NCBI GenBank assembly: GCA_041690595.1 | Contig: JAWLHB010000002.1 | Location: forward strand, 62,001 to 126,000 | Length of the DNA: 64,000 bases | Direction: 5' to 3' | Source: Lentisphaeria bacterium | Lineage (GTDB): Bacteria > Verrucomicrobiota > Lentisphaeria > JABSQK01 > JAWLHB01 | In this document: positions 20,473 through 30,276 of the stretch, in pieces | Numbering within the stretch: the stretch's first letter is position 1 | Layout of the letters: each line of letters begins with the position of its first letter | Notes under the pieces: generated by a model | Told to the model about the DNA's origin: nothing | What the model saw: only the letters and a program-made list of their open reading frames with translations | Database searches by the model: none | Made by a program: the position numbers and the translations under genes

Positions 20473-21852
20473 TCACGACCAGTCGCTGCTCTCCGTGCGC
20501 GGGCGACGCCAAAGCGGCAGCTGATTCGGCAGCCGCGGGCGATGGTTGCGCAGAAAGGTCTCGAGATCCACATGCAGGGCGGCGGCGCTCGCATAGCGCT
20601 GGGCTGGATCCTTGCGCAACATGCGGGCGAGGATGTGCTGCAGCTGCGGCGGAAAGTCCGGCTGCAACTTGTCCGGCGCAAGAGGATTTGAGCGAAGCAC
20701 CCGGCGCGAAAGCTCCGAAATGTTCTCGCCCATGAAGGGCTTGGTGCCCAGCAGAAGCTCATACGCCACGACGCCGAGCGAGAAGATGTCGGAGCGATCA
20801 TCCACCTGCCCATACCGGTACCCTTCCGGCGAAAGGTAAGCCGGCGATCCCACGAACTGACTGGTCATCGTGAGATCGGAATCCGGCACCCGCACCACGC
20901 CAAAATCCGTCAGGATCGCCTGCTGATTCGAGGTGATGATGATGTTGTCCGGCTTGATGTCCCGGTGGCAGATCGCCTTGGCATGTATCTCCACCAGAGC
21001 CGACGCCATCTGGCGAATGATATCGACCTTCTGGTGCAGATCGAGCAACCCACCGTCGCGGATGTAGTGGCGAAGGGAATTGCCCTCGATGTAGCTCATG
21101 ACGAAATAGGGGACCGTCTGATCGTAGGCCAGCCCGTACTCGACGAAATGCACGATGTTCGGGTGGTCGAGCTGGGCCAGCACCTTCGCCTCGCGCATGA
21201 AACGCTCGAGGATGATCGCCTGCTTGCGATGATCGGGCGAGATCACCTTCATCACCTTGATGGCAAAGCGCCGACGCTCCCCGTTGACCTCACGCTCCGC
21301 GAGGAGGACAGTGCCCATGGTCCCTTCACCGATCGTGTCGATGATCTCGTAGCCGGCCAGGGATTCCTGCGGCCCGATGCGGCTCATCGCCTGCGCCACC
21401 TCCCGCCGGCGCATCGTCTGCGTCTTCTTCAACGCCGTCTTCACCGCCTGCCGGATCTGGTTGACCTTGAAGGGCTTCGAAATATAATCCGCCGCACCGT
21501 TGCGAATGCACTCCACTGCATCCTGAACATTGTTCTTGCCGGAGATGATGACCACCGGCATCTGCGGATCCTTCTGCTTGACCGTCTGCAGCAACTGCAT
21601 ACCCGACAGATTGGGCATCATCAGATCCGCCAGGACGACCGCCACATCATGACGCTGCAGGGCGCGCAACGCCTCCTGCCCATCGCTGGCCTCCAGCACC
21701 TGGTAGCGATCCATCTCGAGGATACGCGCCAGCAACCGCCGCACCTGCGCCTCATCGTCCACCACCAGGACAGTCTCGGCACGATGCGTATCCCCACCGA
21801 TGTCGTTGGATCCATTCGGCTCTTGCGGGTCGTTCATCTCGTCATTCACCAT
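20473..21852 (-). CDS. Receiver (REC) domain fused to Hanks-type Ser/Thr protein kinase
   Basis: REC motifs VLVVDDE, DLMMPNLSG and YISKPF. Kinase motifs IGEGTMG, AIK, HRDIKPDN, DFG, SPE and DIFSLG. Start uncertain (21876, 21852 or 21837). Confidence 0.9.
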   Translation of the reverse strand: MVNDEMNDPQEPNGSNDIGGDTHRAETVLVVDDEAQVRRLLARILEMDRYQVLEASDGQEALRALQRHDVAVVLADLMMPNLSGMQLLQTVKQKDPQMPVVIISGKNNVQDAVECIRNGAADYISKPFKVNQIRQAVKTALKKTQTMRRREVAQAMSRIGPQESLAGYEIIDTIGEGTMGTVLLAEREVNGERRRFAIKVMKVISPDHRKQAIILERFMREAKVLAQLDHPNIVHFVEYGLAYDQTVPYFVMSYIEGNSLRHYIRDGGLLDLHQKVDIIRQMASALVEIHAKAICHRDIKPDNIIITSNQQAILTDFGVVRVPDSDLTMTSQFVGSPAYLSPEGYRYGQVDDRSDIFSLGVVAYELLLGTKPFMGENISELSRRVLRSNPLAPDKLQPDFPPQLQHILARMLRKDPAQRYASAAALHVDLETFLRNHRPRLPNQLPLWRRPRTESSDWS

Positions 21853-22125
21853 GGGTTCGCAGGTCTCGTGCGTCAACCGGAAAAAAGGCGAGTCAAGCCC
21901 TTAAGTATGGCGCAATTTCCCGTGCTTGCAAATGCTTGCCGCGCCCCACGCGCGAATCTTGCATGTCGTTGCCGCCGCCATCCTGATCGAATCCTTACTT
22001 TACAACTGGGATATTGCGAGTAGGTTGTTTCATCTCGACAGGTTCTGTGTAGGCATTCAGGTGATCGGCGGCATTCGTGCGGATCCGGAACCCTTCCAAA
22101 TCCGGCGGTCCATTACCCGTTCTCC

Positions 22126-22161
22126 GGCAAAAAAAGCCCTTGCCGGCGCTTTTTTTTTGCC
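22126..22161. terminator. Bidirectional intrinsic terminator-like hairpin
   Basis: GGCAAAAAAAGC-CCTTGCCGGC-GCTTTTTTTTTGCC, with A-tract and T-tract flanks. Confidence 0.6.
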
Positions 22162-22169
22162 TGCGCCAG

Positions 22170-22227
22170 TTGCCATTCAGCCAAAGTGCATCTAAATTCC
22201 TATATCCCTACAACCTTATATGATTTT
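22170..22227 (+). promoter_or_regulatory. Sigma70 promoter of the cys operon overlapped by a probable Rrf2 operator
   Basis: TTGCCA (22170-22175) - 17 bp - TAAATT (22193-22198). Imperfect inverted repeat AAATTCCTAT...ATATGATTT covers the -10 and start region. Confidence 0.55.
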
Positions 22228-22236
22228 AAGCTCATC

Positions 22237-22665
22237 ATGAAACTGTCGTCAAAGACTCAATATGGAATGCGAATTCTGTTGCAGGTAGCCATCAGCACCC
22301 AGAAGGGCAAGCTGGCGCAAGGGAAGGAAATCGCCTCGGAGCAGAGTATCAATGAGCCCTACCTGGAACAGATCATGGTCTCCCTGAAGAGGGCGGGGGT
22401 CATTCAGGCGGTACGAGGGCGCAACGGCGGCTACCTCTTCTCCCGTGATCCAAAGAGCATAACACTTCTGGATATCATCGAACTTTTTGAAGGACCATTA
22501 TCACTGGCCGAATTCACCAACGAGAAGATACCAGATGGCGCCAGCGACTCCATCAGCGCCATCATGGAGGAGATCTCCCAGACCCTGCGCGATGAGGTCG
22601 CCTCCGTGACCCTCGCCGACATCATCGATGCCCATCGCCGCAAGGTGCCCAATTACGTGATCTGA
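22237..22665 (+). CDS. Rrf2 family transcriptional regulator, CymR-like
   Basis: MKLSSKTQYGMRILL, YLEQIMVSLKRAG, RGRNGGY, ITLLDII. No cysteines, so it lacks IscR-type Fe-S ligands. Ends PNYVI. Confidence 0.9.
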   Translation: MKLSSKTQYGMRILLQVAISTQKGKLAQGKEIASEQSINEPYLEQIMVSLKRAGVIQAVRGRNGGYLFSRDPKSITLLDIIELFEGPLSLAEFTNEKIPDGASDSISAIMEEISQTLRDEVASVTLADIIDAHRRKVPNYVI

Positions 22666-22721
22666 TGAATCACCCTCACTGGCCCGCTCAGAGCAGACGG
22701 AAGCAAACGACGATTAAAGCC

Positions 22722-23468
22722 ATGACTGAACTCAGCCCCCCAACCGATTTGTCAACCTGGCAGCAGCACACGCAGGGAATGAGCGCCGAAGCCATCCTCG
22801 CCTGGGCTGTCGAGACCTTTGGTGATGGCCTCACCTTTGCCTCCTCTCTGGGCGCCGAAGATCAGGTCGTTACCGACCTCATCGCCCAGGCTGAACTGCC
22901 GATTTCCATCTTTACTCTCGATACGGGGCGGCTCTTCCAGGAAACGTATGAGCTGATCCAGCGGACAGAGGAGCGCTACGGCCACCGGATCCGCATCATG
23001 TTTCCGGATCGGCGGGAGATCGAAGAGATGGTAGAAAAGCATGGCATCAACCTCTTCCGCGACAGCGTCGAGAAACGGCAACTCTGCTGCCGCTTGCGCA
23101 AGATCCACCCCCTGCGCCGCGCCTTTGCCGGCAAGCGCGCCTGGATCTGCGGCTTGCGGCGCGATCAGTCGGTCACGCGCGCCGAGCTGCAGCCCGTCGA
23201 ATGGGATGCCGTCAATTCACTCGTCAAGGTGTCGCCCCTGTGGGACTGGAGCAACGACCAGGTCTGGGCCTTCGTCCGCGAGCGCGGTGTGCCGTACAAC
23301 CCTCTGCACGACAAAGGCTTTCTGAGCATCGGCTGCGCTTCCTGTACACGCGCCGTGCAACCTGGCGAGGACATACGCGCGGGCCGCTGGTGGTGGGAAG
23401 AGCCAGAGAAGAAGGAATGCGGCCTGCATATTGTCAACGGCAAGGTGGTGCGCGGCGGTCAGGACTGA
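22722..23468 (+). CDS. cysH: Adenylyl-sulfate (APS) reductase, 4Fe-4S type CysH
   Basis: TLDTGRLF, CCRLRKIHPL, GLRRDQS, SIGCASCT, RAGRW, ECGLH. The CC and CxxC pairs mark the APS-type enzyme. Alternative start at 22665. Confidence 0.92.
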   Translation: MTELSPPTDLSTWQQHTQGMSAEAILAWAVETFGDGLTFASSLGAEDQVVTDLIAQAELPISIFTLDTGRLFQETYELIQRTEERYGHRIRIMFPDRREIEEMVEKHGINLFRDSVEKRQLCCRLRKIHPLRRAFAGKRAWICGLRRDQSVTRAELQPVEWDAVNSLVKVSPLWDWSNDQVWAFVRERGVPYNPLHDKGFLSIGCASCTRAVQPGEDIRAGRWWWEEPEKKECGLHIVNGKVVRGGQD

Positions 23469-23553
23469 AGAGGCATGTTTCGCCTCCATTCGTCCCCCCT
23501 ACCCGACTCAGACGCAACGTTTCAAGCAACAGCTGTAGCTCAACAGGATACCG

Positions 23554-24459
23554 ATGGAAGCACATACTCTGACCAATCTGGAAGCCCTCGAAGCCGAGGG
23601 CATACACATCATGCGCGAAGTGGCCGCCGAGTTCGAACGGCCAGTACTCCTCTTTTCCGGCGGCAAGGACTCGATCGTCATGCTCAAGCTCGCGGAGAAG
23701 GCCTTCCGACCCGGCCACTTCCCGTTCCCCATCATGCATATCGACACCGGCCACAATTTCCCCGAAGCCCTCGACTTCCGCGACCGCATCGTTGCCAAAC
23801 TCGGTGAACGGCTGATCGTCCGAAAAGTCGAAGACGCCATTGTGCAAGGCATCTGCCAGCCCCCCCCGGCCGGCGAGATCAGCCGCAATCGACTCCAGAT
23901 CCCAACCCTCCTCGCCGCCATCGAAGAGTTCAAGTTCGACGCTGCCTTCGGCGGCGGTCGACGGGACGAAGAGAAGGCGCGCGCCAAGGAGCGCATCTAC
24001 TCCTTCCGGGACGACTTCGGCCAGTGGGATCCCAAGAACCAGCGCCCCGAACTCTGGAACCTCTACAACGGCAGGATACATCCCGGCGAAAACATCCGCG
24101 TCTTCCCGCTCAGCAACTGGACGGAGCTGGATGTCTGGCAATACATTCTCGAGGAGAATATCGAGATTCCCAGCATCTACTTCAGCCATGAGCGCGACGT
24201 CTTTCTGCGTAATGGGCAATGGCTGGCCGTGGCCGACTGCAACCCACCGCGCAAGGGCGAACAGGTCTTTCACCAGCGCATGCGCTGCCGGACCGTCGGC
24301 GACATCATCTCGACTGGCATGGTCGAGTCGCCCGCCGAGTCCATCGAACAGATTATCGAGGAAGTCGCCGCGGCGCGTATTTCCGAACGTGGAGGACGCG
24401 CCGACGACCGCGTCTCCGAAGCCGCCATGGAAGATCGCAAGAAGGAAGGCTATTTCTGA
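23554..24459 (+). CDS. cysD: Sulfate adenylyltransferase subunit 2
   Basis: LLFSGGKDS, HIDTG, GGGRRDEEKARAKER, WDPKNQRPELW, MEDRKKEGYF. Confidence 0.97.
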   Translation: MEAHTLTNLEALEAEGIHIMREVAAEFERPVLLFSGGKDSIVMLKLAEKAFRPGHFPFPIMHIDTGHNFPEALDFRDRIVAKLGERLIVRKVEDAIVQGICQPPPAGEISRNRLQIPTLLAAIEEFKFDAAFGGGRRDEEKARAKERIYSFRDDFGQWDPKNQRPELWNLYNGRIHPGENIRVFPLSNWTELDVWQYILEENIEIPSIYFSHERDVFLRNGQWLAVADCNPPRKGEQVFHQRMRCRTVGDIISTGMVESPAESIEQIIEEVAAARISERGGRADDRVSEAAMEDRKKEGYF

Positions 24460-25766
24460 TGAACGCCAAGCATCATCCCCATATTGAGCTGCTCCGCTTC
24501 AGCACCAGCGGCAGCGTCGACGACGGCAAGAGTACCCTCATCGGACGGCTCCTGTACGATTGCAAACAGCTCTTCGACGATCAGATCAGCGCGCTCGAAG
24601 AAGCGACCCTGCTCAGCGGCGACTTCAACCTCGCCAACATCACCGACGGCCTCCGCGCCGAGCGGGAACAGGGCATCACCATCGATGTCGCCTACCGCTA
24701 TTTCGCTACACCCAAGCGTCGCTTCATCGTGGCGGACACCCCTGGCCACGTCCAGTACACCAGAAACATGGTCACCGGCGCCTCCACCGCCAACCTCTCC
24801 ATTGTCCTCATCGACGCTCGCAAGGGCCTGATCGAGCAGTCCCGCCGCCATGCCTACATCGCCTCCCTCCTGGGCATCCCCCACCTGGTCGTCTGCATCA
24901 ACAAGATGGACCTCGTCGACTACTCCCGCGAGCGCTACGAAGAGATCGTCGCCGACTTCCAGGATTTTTCGACCCGCCTCGATATCCACGACATCACCTT
25001 TGTCCCCATCAGCGCCCTCAAGGGGGACAACGTCGTCACCCTCTCCGAGAAGACCCCCTGGTACAACGGCCCGCCCCTGCTGGGGCTGCTGGAAACCGTC
25101 CACATCGCCAACGATGCCAACCTGCGTGACCCGCGTTTCGCCGTCCAGTACGTCATTCGCCCCCGCTCCGACGAGCACCACGACTTCCGCGGCTTCAGCG
25201 GGCTGGTCAACAGCGGTGTCTTCGAAGTCGGCGATCCGGTCATCGCCCTGCCCAGTGGTCAGCGCTCGCGCATCAAGGACATCCAGTTCGGCGGCAAGAG
25301 CCGACAGAGCGCCTGCGCCCGCCAGAGCACCTGCCTCCTCCTCGAAGACGAGATCGACATCAGCCGCGGCAACATGATCGTGCGGCAGGACAACCTCCCC
25401 TACCTCAGCAAGGAGATCGAAGCGATGGTCTGCTGGATGCATCCGCAGCCACTGCAACTGCGCAAGAAGTACCTCATCAAGCACACTACGCAGATGAGCC
25501 GCGCCATGGTGGAAATGGTCGATCATCGCATCGATATTCAGACCCTGCACAAGGAGCTGGACGTCGAGGGGCTCAAGCTCAACGAGATCGGCCGTGTCCG
25601 CCTCAAGACGCTCAAGCCCCTCATCTACGATGCCTACCGCAAGAACCGCTCGACCGGCAGCTTCATCCTCATCGACGAGGCCACCCATCATACCGTCGCC
25701 GCCGGCATGATTCAGGAGCCCACCATCATCCCCCCCGTTCCCGAGATCACCGATTACGTCATCTGA
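24459..25766 (+). CDS. cysN: Sulfate adenylyltransferase subunit 1 (GTPase), no fused APS kinase
   Basis: GSVDDGKSTLIGRLL, EREQGITIDVAYRYF, DTPGH, NKMD, GSFILID. ATG overlaps the cysD stop. Confidence 0.97.
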   Translation: MNAKHHPHIELLRFSTSGSVDDGKSTLIGRLLYDCKQLFDDQISALEEATLLSGDFNLANITDGLRAEREQGITIDVAYRYFATPKRRFIVADTPGHVQYTRNMVTGASTANLSIVLIDARKGLIEQSRRHAYIASLLGIPHLVVCINKMDLVDYSRERYEEIVADFQDFSTRLDIHDITFVPISALKGDNVVTLSEKTPWYNGPPLLGLLETVHIANDANLRDPRFAVQYVIRPRSDEHHDFRGFSGLVNSGVFEVGDPVIALPSGQRSRIKDIQFGGKSRQSACARQSTCLLLEDEIDISRGNMIVRQDNLPYLSKEIEAMVCWMHPQPLQLRKKYLIKHTTQMSRAMVEMVDHRIDIQTLHKELDVEGLKLNEIGRVRLKTLKPLIYDAYRKNRSTGSFILIDEATHHTVAAGMIQEPTIIPPVPEITDYVI

Positions 25767-25961
25767 CCACCAGGTTCTCGATGGGTTGAGCTTGCGTTCC
25801 GTACCAAAGCCACGACTGTCCTTTCCGTGTTGTTCAGCTATACTATCAGCGTGACAACAGGGCAGTTGTGGCTTTGTTGTCAGCCTCGCATCAGCGGCTC
25901 TCCCGGCTGCTTTACGTGACCTCGTTCGACCTTACCTCTGATGGATGGAGGTGGCTTCCCC

Positions 25962-26855
25962 ATGCGCAGTCTGATTCTGCCGAGAAGTCCGGAATTGCCC
26001 ATGATGCTCTCCCGCGGGCTCTTCCGGCCGCGCCCTCTGCCCAGTGGTGTGCCCTTCGGAGTCCGATCGGTGGGCTCCACGCATGCGGGACCCGGTCAGC
26101 AGGGCTTTCGAAAGCTCATCAATTTTGTAGAACTCTTCTGGTCTGTCGCTGGCGAGGCACGCATCCGCATGGATGGACGCGACTGGACGATGCCAGCCAA
26201 CCATCTCGCCTTCAACCTGCCCGGCAGTGAACATTTTCATTTTACGGAGGAGCGTTCGTGGGAATGCCGATGGATGACCCTCGACGGCCCCATTGCCATT
26301 GGCGTTATCCTCGGTTTCGGCTTCGACACAACCCGCCCACAACCCGCTGATCTCTGTCCGACCTCCCGGTTTGACAATCTCGAGACGATCGTGCGCTGCC
26401 CGGGCCCTGCCGCCGAGCGGGAAGCCAGCGCCCTCGCCTACTCCTTGCTGACCACTGCCGCTGGCTTCGCTCAACACCAGGAGGGAGCGCCGACGCCCGG
26501 TCTGATCGATGCTGCACTCAAGTACATTCACGAGAGTGGCGATGACCTCAATTTCGGCGTTGCTGAGCTTGCCGAGCACCTCGGCGTACACCGCTCCGTC
26601 CTCAGTCGCCACTTCCAGAAGCAGTTGGGGCGTTCGCCGGCCGCCTATCTCGGCTCCGTGCGGCTCCAGCGAGCCACCCACATGCTCGAACATACGGACC
26701 TCGCCGTAGGTGCCATTGCGCACCAGATCGGCTTTCGTGATGCCGGCTACCTGGCGCGGCTCATGCAGCGAGAATACGGCCTGACCCCCACTGAATATCG
26801 TCAGCGCTGTCAGCTGCGGCAGGGGGCAGAGGAGCCTCCTTCCGCCTCTGAATAG
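25962..26855 (+). CDS. AraC family transcriptional regulator
   Basis: VAELAEHLGVHRSVLSRHF...SPAAYL...IAHQIGFRDAGYLAR...GLTPTEYR. RBS GGAGG before 25962. Alternative start at 25941. Confidence 0.9.
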   Translation: MRSLILPRSPELPMMLSRGLFRPRPLPSGVPFGVRSVGSTHAGPGQQGFRKLINFVELFWSVAGEARIRMDGRDWTMPANHLAFNLPGSEHFHFTEERSWECRWMTLDGPIAIGVILGFGFDTTRPQPADLCPTSRFDNLETIVRCPGPAAEREASALAYSLLTTAAGFAQHQEGAPTPGLIDAALKYIHESGDDLNFGVAELAEHLGVHRSVLSRHFQKQLGRSPAAYLGSVRLQRATHMLEHTDLAVGAIAHQIGFRDAGYLARLMQREYGLTPTEYRQRCQLRQGAEEPPSASE

Positions 26856-27000
26856 CAGCACATGTGGATTTTGGTGACGAGTACCGGACAATGGTGATTC
26901 CCGTTCGACGCGGCCACTCCCCCACTGTATCATAGCTTCGATACACCAGCTTGGCACCATGATCACGGTCTCACGATAGTTCAAACTTGAGGATTGTCTG

Positions 27001-27897
27001 ATGAAGACGAATACGAGTCGCAGCATGAAACCGTCCACTGGGCGTTGTTTTACCTTGATCGAGCTTCTGGTGGTCGTGGCGATTATTGCCGTTCTGGCCT
27101 CCATGCTCCTCCCCGCCATGGCTAAAGCTCGCGACATGGCCCACCGCACGGGATGTCTCAACAACTTGCGCCAGAACATGCTCGGCGTCGCCTCATATGC
27201 CGCCGACTGGGACGGTTTCACCCCCGCCCAGCCGGACTCCGGTCTTAACCGCGCTACCCTCCAGTACAACATTCCGGTGTACGGTTATCCCGGCCCAGGC
27301 TATGGTCATCCTGCCCTCGACTACTTCACCGATTACCTTGGTGTCGCTCTCGTCGCGCCCACGTACGCGGCTGGAACCTTCAAGGTTTTCGCCAAACCTG
27401 CCAATGTACTGGTTTGTCCGAAGCGTGTCGGCATGCCCAAGAACTCCGACTACCCCGACGAATCACGCCTCTACGATTCGGCTTCCGCGTACATCTTTCC
27501 CGGCTTCGCCTTCAACCACTGGTGGCCCGTTCCGGCTGGTACATCGCCATGGCCCATTGGCGGGCTGGTGCGCCTTGACAGCCTCGCCGACCTGGCCAAG
27601 TTCAACGGCGAAACCTACGAGAAGGCCCTCATGGGGGACAAAACCTCCCCCGGCAGCAAGGTCGCGGACAATCATGGCACTGGCGGCAACTTTCTCTATG
27701 GCGACGGCCACGCCCGCTGGTGGGCCTACACGCAAAGCGTGGAGCTTACCGGCTCCGTCTATACCGGGCCGGTGGCACCATGGATGCCGCGCTTTCACCT
27801 CTGGCCGGATCGAGCCTACGCGAGCATGCTCCAAGGCTTCCGTACCGAGGGCGGCAGCCCCGCGTGGCACGGCACCATGTCGACGCATTATCGTTAA
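27001..27897 (+). CDS. Prepilin-type N-terminal cleavage/methylation domain protein (DUF1559-like, H-Xn-DG motif)
   Basis: [28 protein letters not shown]...[34 protein letters not shown]. Confidence 0.9.
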   Translation: MKTNTSRSMKPSTGRCFTLIELLVVVAIIAVLASMLLPAMAKARDMAHRTGCLNNLRQNMLGVASYAADWDGFTPAQPDSGLNRATLQYNIPVYGYPGPGYGHPALDYFTDYLGVALVAPTYAAGTFKVFAKPANVLVCPKRVGMPKNSDYPDESRLYDSASAYIFPGFAFNHWWPVPAGTSPWPIGGLVRLDSLADLAKFNGETYEKALMGDKTSPGSKVADNHGTGGNFLYGDGHARWWAYTQSVELTGSVYTGPVAPWMPRFHLWPDRAYASMLQGFRTEGGSPAWHGTMSTHYR

Positions 27898-27915
27898 CAG
27901 CATTACACGAAGGGT

Positions 27916-30225
27916 ATGATTATGCACAAGTGGGCTATGGCATGGAGTCTCGTCGTCCTGATGGCGATCGGGCAGCAGGTCGTTCACGCTCAGGATGAGA
28001 TAGCATCCACTGCGGCCTCGCCAGCCGGCATCCAGTCGCTCAGCACCTTCGGTCCCGTAGCCACTTCGGCCGACGCCGAGGCCACGCTGGCAATCGCGCT
28101 CTCGCGCATTCACAAGGCAGGCGGCGGCATCCTGACCATCGGCCCCGAAGTCAGCCGTGACTGGGTGATGGCGGAGAATCCAGCCCCTTCCTCCACCCGC
28201 CGCGGCACCGCCTCGGTTACCATCGTCGACTACCGCAATGGCTATCCCACCATCCTCCTCCCCTCCAACGCCGCCAATACCGGCACCTCCAATTGGCTGG
28301 CACACCGCATCAGCCGTACCGTGCGCGCCCCGATCGACATGGCCTACGGCGTCCACAGCACGGTCGGCATCGATACCGCCATCGCCGGCGGTACCTCTTC
28401 CTACCTCCAACGTATTCTGGCGGACGTACAGAAGGGCGAAGATCAACGCATCTACGTGCCGACCGTGCGCGGCCTCGCCGTCGACAACGTCGTTGTCCTT
28501 TACAACCCCAACGAGCAGATCGTCATCAAGGCGCTCGGCTGGGATGCCGAAAAGCAACTGCCGTATATCGTGGCCGATGTGGCCAACGACCATGCTGCCA
28601 CTCCCTCCATCTACAAATTCGGCACCGGCACCAAGCACGTGGTCAATTCGCTGACCATCACCGACAACGCCCAATCGGACAATCAGTCGATGACCGTCAA
28701 GGCCGCCCGCAATGTCTATGCCGATGGCGATGGCTTTGTCTTTTCGGCCGTTATCCGCAATCAGGCCAACATCATGTCGAGCTTGGGGGACGAAGGGGCC
28801 TTGTGCTATGGCGCGGACATCTTCAACGACCTGCAGCCCTTCCGGAGTAACGTCGAGAGCATCGACTGGGCGAACGGCGAGCTTGTCTACGCCCCCGGCA
28901 TGACCCGCAACCATGCTCTCGGCACCGGGCGCCCGCTCATCAACATGAACCCGGAAAAGCACCTCAGCCGTGGCACGGTCCTGATCGTTGCCCCCGGCCA
29001 TCGCGATCCATGGGACCCGAACGACACGGCCAGGACCGGTCATGGCTACGAGGGGGAAATCTTCCCGGGAGGCGCCATCATCGGCAGCAAGGAGTGCGCC
29101 TGGACGCAGGAGGTGGTCGGTCGCTTTTTCGCGGTCGACGAGCCGACCGAGTATCTCGATCCGGCCAATGATCCGGCCGCCGGTTATACCGGCGCGCCCG
29201 ACCAGCGCGTCTATCGCTGGTACCATATCCGCCAACTCGACACGCGCGCCGACGGCTCCTTCCGCCTCTACGTGGAGCGCACGCGTTGGGTGAGCAGTAT
29301 CAACCAGGTGCCCCTTCTCTACCAACGCGATAACTACAGCGATACCCTCGGCAGCCAGGCGAAACTCGTGCCCCTGCGTTACCTCATCGCCCCCGGCGCC
29401 TACGTCGCCGATGTCTCCCGCGCCTGGACCGATTCGCGCGCCAGCGGCGGCCGCGTGGGTGCCAATTCCCCCCGTACCCTGCGCCTGGCCGCATCCTCCG
29501 ATGCCGGTAAGCCCCTCGATTTCGCCCCGGGCGACCCCATCGTACAGGCCATCGGCCAGGATCCGTGGAACCCAACCGGCATGCGGGTGCGCCACCACAA
29601 CTACCTCCCCAGCACCATCGAAGACTCCTCCTACCAGTCCGTCAACTATGGGCGAGTACCCGTACATAGCGCACTCGCCGTCCATGGAGGAGGCACCAGC
29701 CTGGACGATGCCGCCACGCACCGCAAAGGTGGCGGACCCGCCTACTTGCGCGCCATGGACATCGGCGCCACCTCCGCCATCGGCATTCGCTTCGGGGCCG
29801 ACGTCAGCGAAGCAGCCATCCGCTTCGACCAGCCAAATGGCAGGCCGCAGCCACTGATCTGGCAGTTGGCCCGCCCCAATGGCCGCAGCACCCTGACCGT
29901 CGACCCGCAATCCGGTAACTTCCAGCTCAAGGGCGGCGCCGCGGCCGAACTCACGGGCGTGATGGTGGGTCCCCGCGGCGGCATCAGCGCCGGCGCCCTT
30001 CCCGCCCACAACCTCCGTGGCATCGCCGTTCCGGTCCCCGCCGCCACAACCCGGCTCGACATCGCCTTCCCCGTTCCCGAACTCGATACCGCCTATTCCC
30101 TGGTAGTACAGCCCACCTGGTTCACCATGGATCGCGTGGTCGAAAAGCGCCTCGATGGCTTCACCGTGGAATTCTCCGCCCCTCCTTCAGAAGCGGCCAA
30201 CCTCGACTGGCAACTGCTGCGCTGA
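27916..30225 (+). CDS. Large secreted hypothetical protein
   Basis: Signal peptide ending VVHA-Q. 769-aa ORF tightly packed in the operon, with beta-rich composition. Confidence 0.75.
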   Translation: MIMHKWAMAWSLVVLMAIGQQVVHAQDEIASTAASPAGIQSLSTFGPVATSADAEATLAIALSRIHKAGGGILTIGPEVSRDWVMAENPAPSSTRRGTASVTIVDYRNGYPTILLPSNAANTGTSNWLAHRISRTVRAPIDMAYGVHSTVGIDTAIAGGTSSYLQRILADVQKGEDQRIYVPTVRGLAVDNVVVLYNPNEQIVIKALGWDAEKQLPYIVADVANDHAATPSIYKFGTGTKHVVNSLTITDNAQSDNQSMTVKAARNVYADGDGFVFSAVIRNQANIMSSLGDEGALCYGADIFNDLQPFRSNVESIDWANGELVYAPGMTRNHALGTGRPLINMNPEKHLSRGTVLIVAPGHRDPWDPNDTARTGHGYEGEIFPGGAIIGSKECAWTQEVVGRFFAVDEPTEYLDPANDPAAGYTGAPDQRVYRWYHIRQLDTRADGSFRLYVERTRWVSSINQVPLLYQRDNYSDTLGSQAKLVPLRYLIAPGAYVADVSRAWTDSRASGGRVGANSPRTLRLAASSDAGKPLDFAPGDPIVQAIGQDPWNPTGMRVRHHNYLPSTIEDSSYQSVNYGRVPVHSALAVHGGGTSLDDAATHRKGGGPAYLRAMDIGATSAIGIRFGADVSEAAIRFDQPNGRPQPLIWQLARPNGRSTLTVDPQSGNFQLKGGAAAELTGVMVGPRGGISAGALPAHNLRGIAVPVPAATTRLDIAFPVPELDTAYSLVVQPTWFTMDRVVEKRLDGFTVEFSAPPSEAANLDWQLLR

Positions 30226-30276
30226 CCCGCTTCAGCGGCCCTTGCAGAGGCGAAATGAAGGAGTCATAGTCATCCC

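Noticed and set aside
22030..22160. SAM or other known riboswitch before the cys operon
   Set aside because: I could not find SAM-I, SRP or T-box consensus motifs; kept only as an unassigned RNA candidate.
24219..24458. Long N-terminal extensions in the ORF track (cysN, sialidase 35154, kdsC 40249, GH89-like 60302) as fusions or frameshifts
   Set aside because: The extensions overlap upstream genes in other frames, and better starts exist at the gene junctions.
22722..25766. Missing cysC as a pathway defect
   Set aside because: CysH has the CC and CxxC motifs of APS reductases, so APS kinase is not needed for assimilation.
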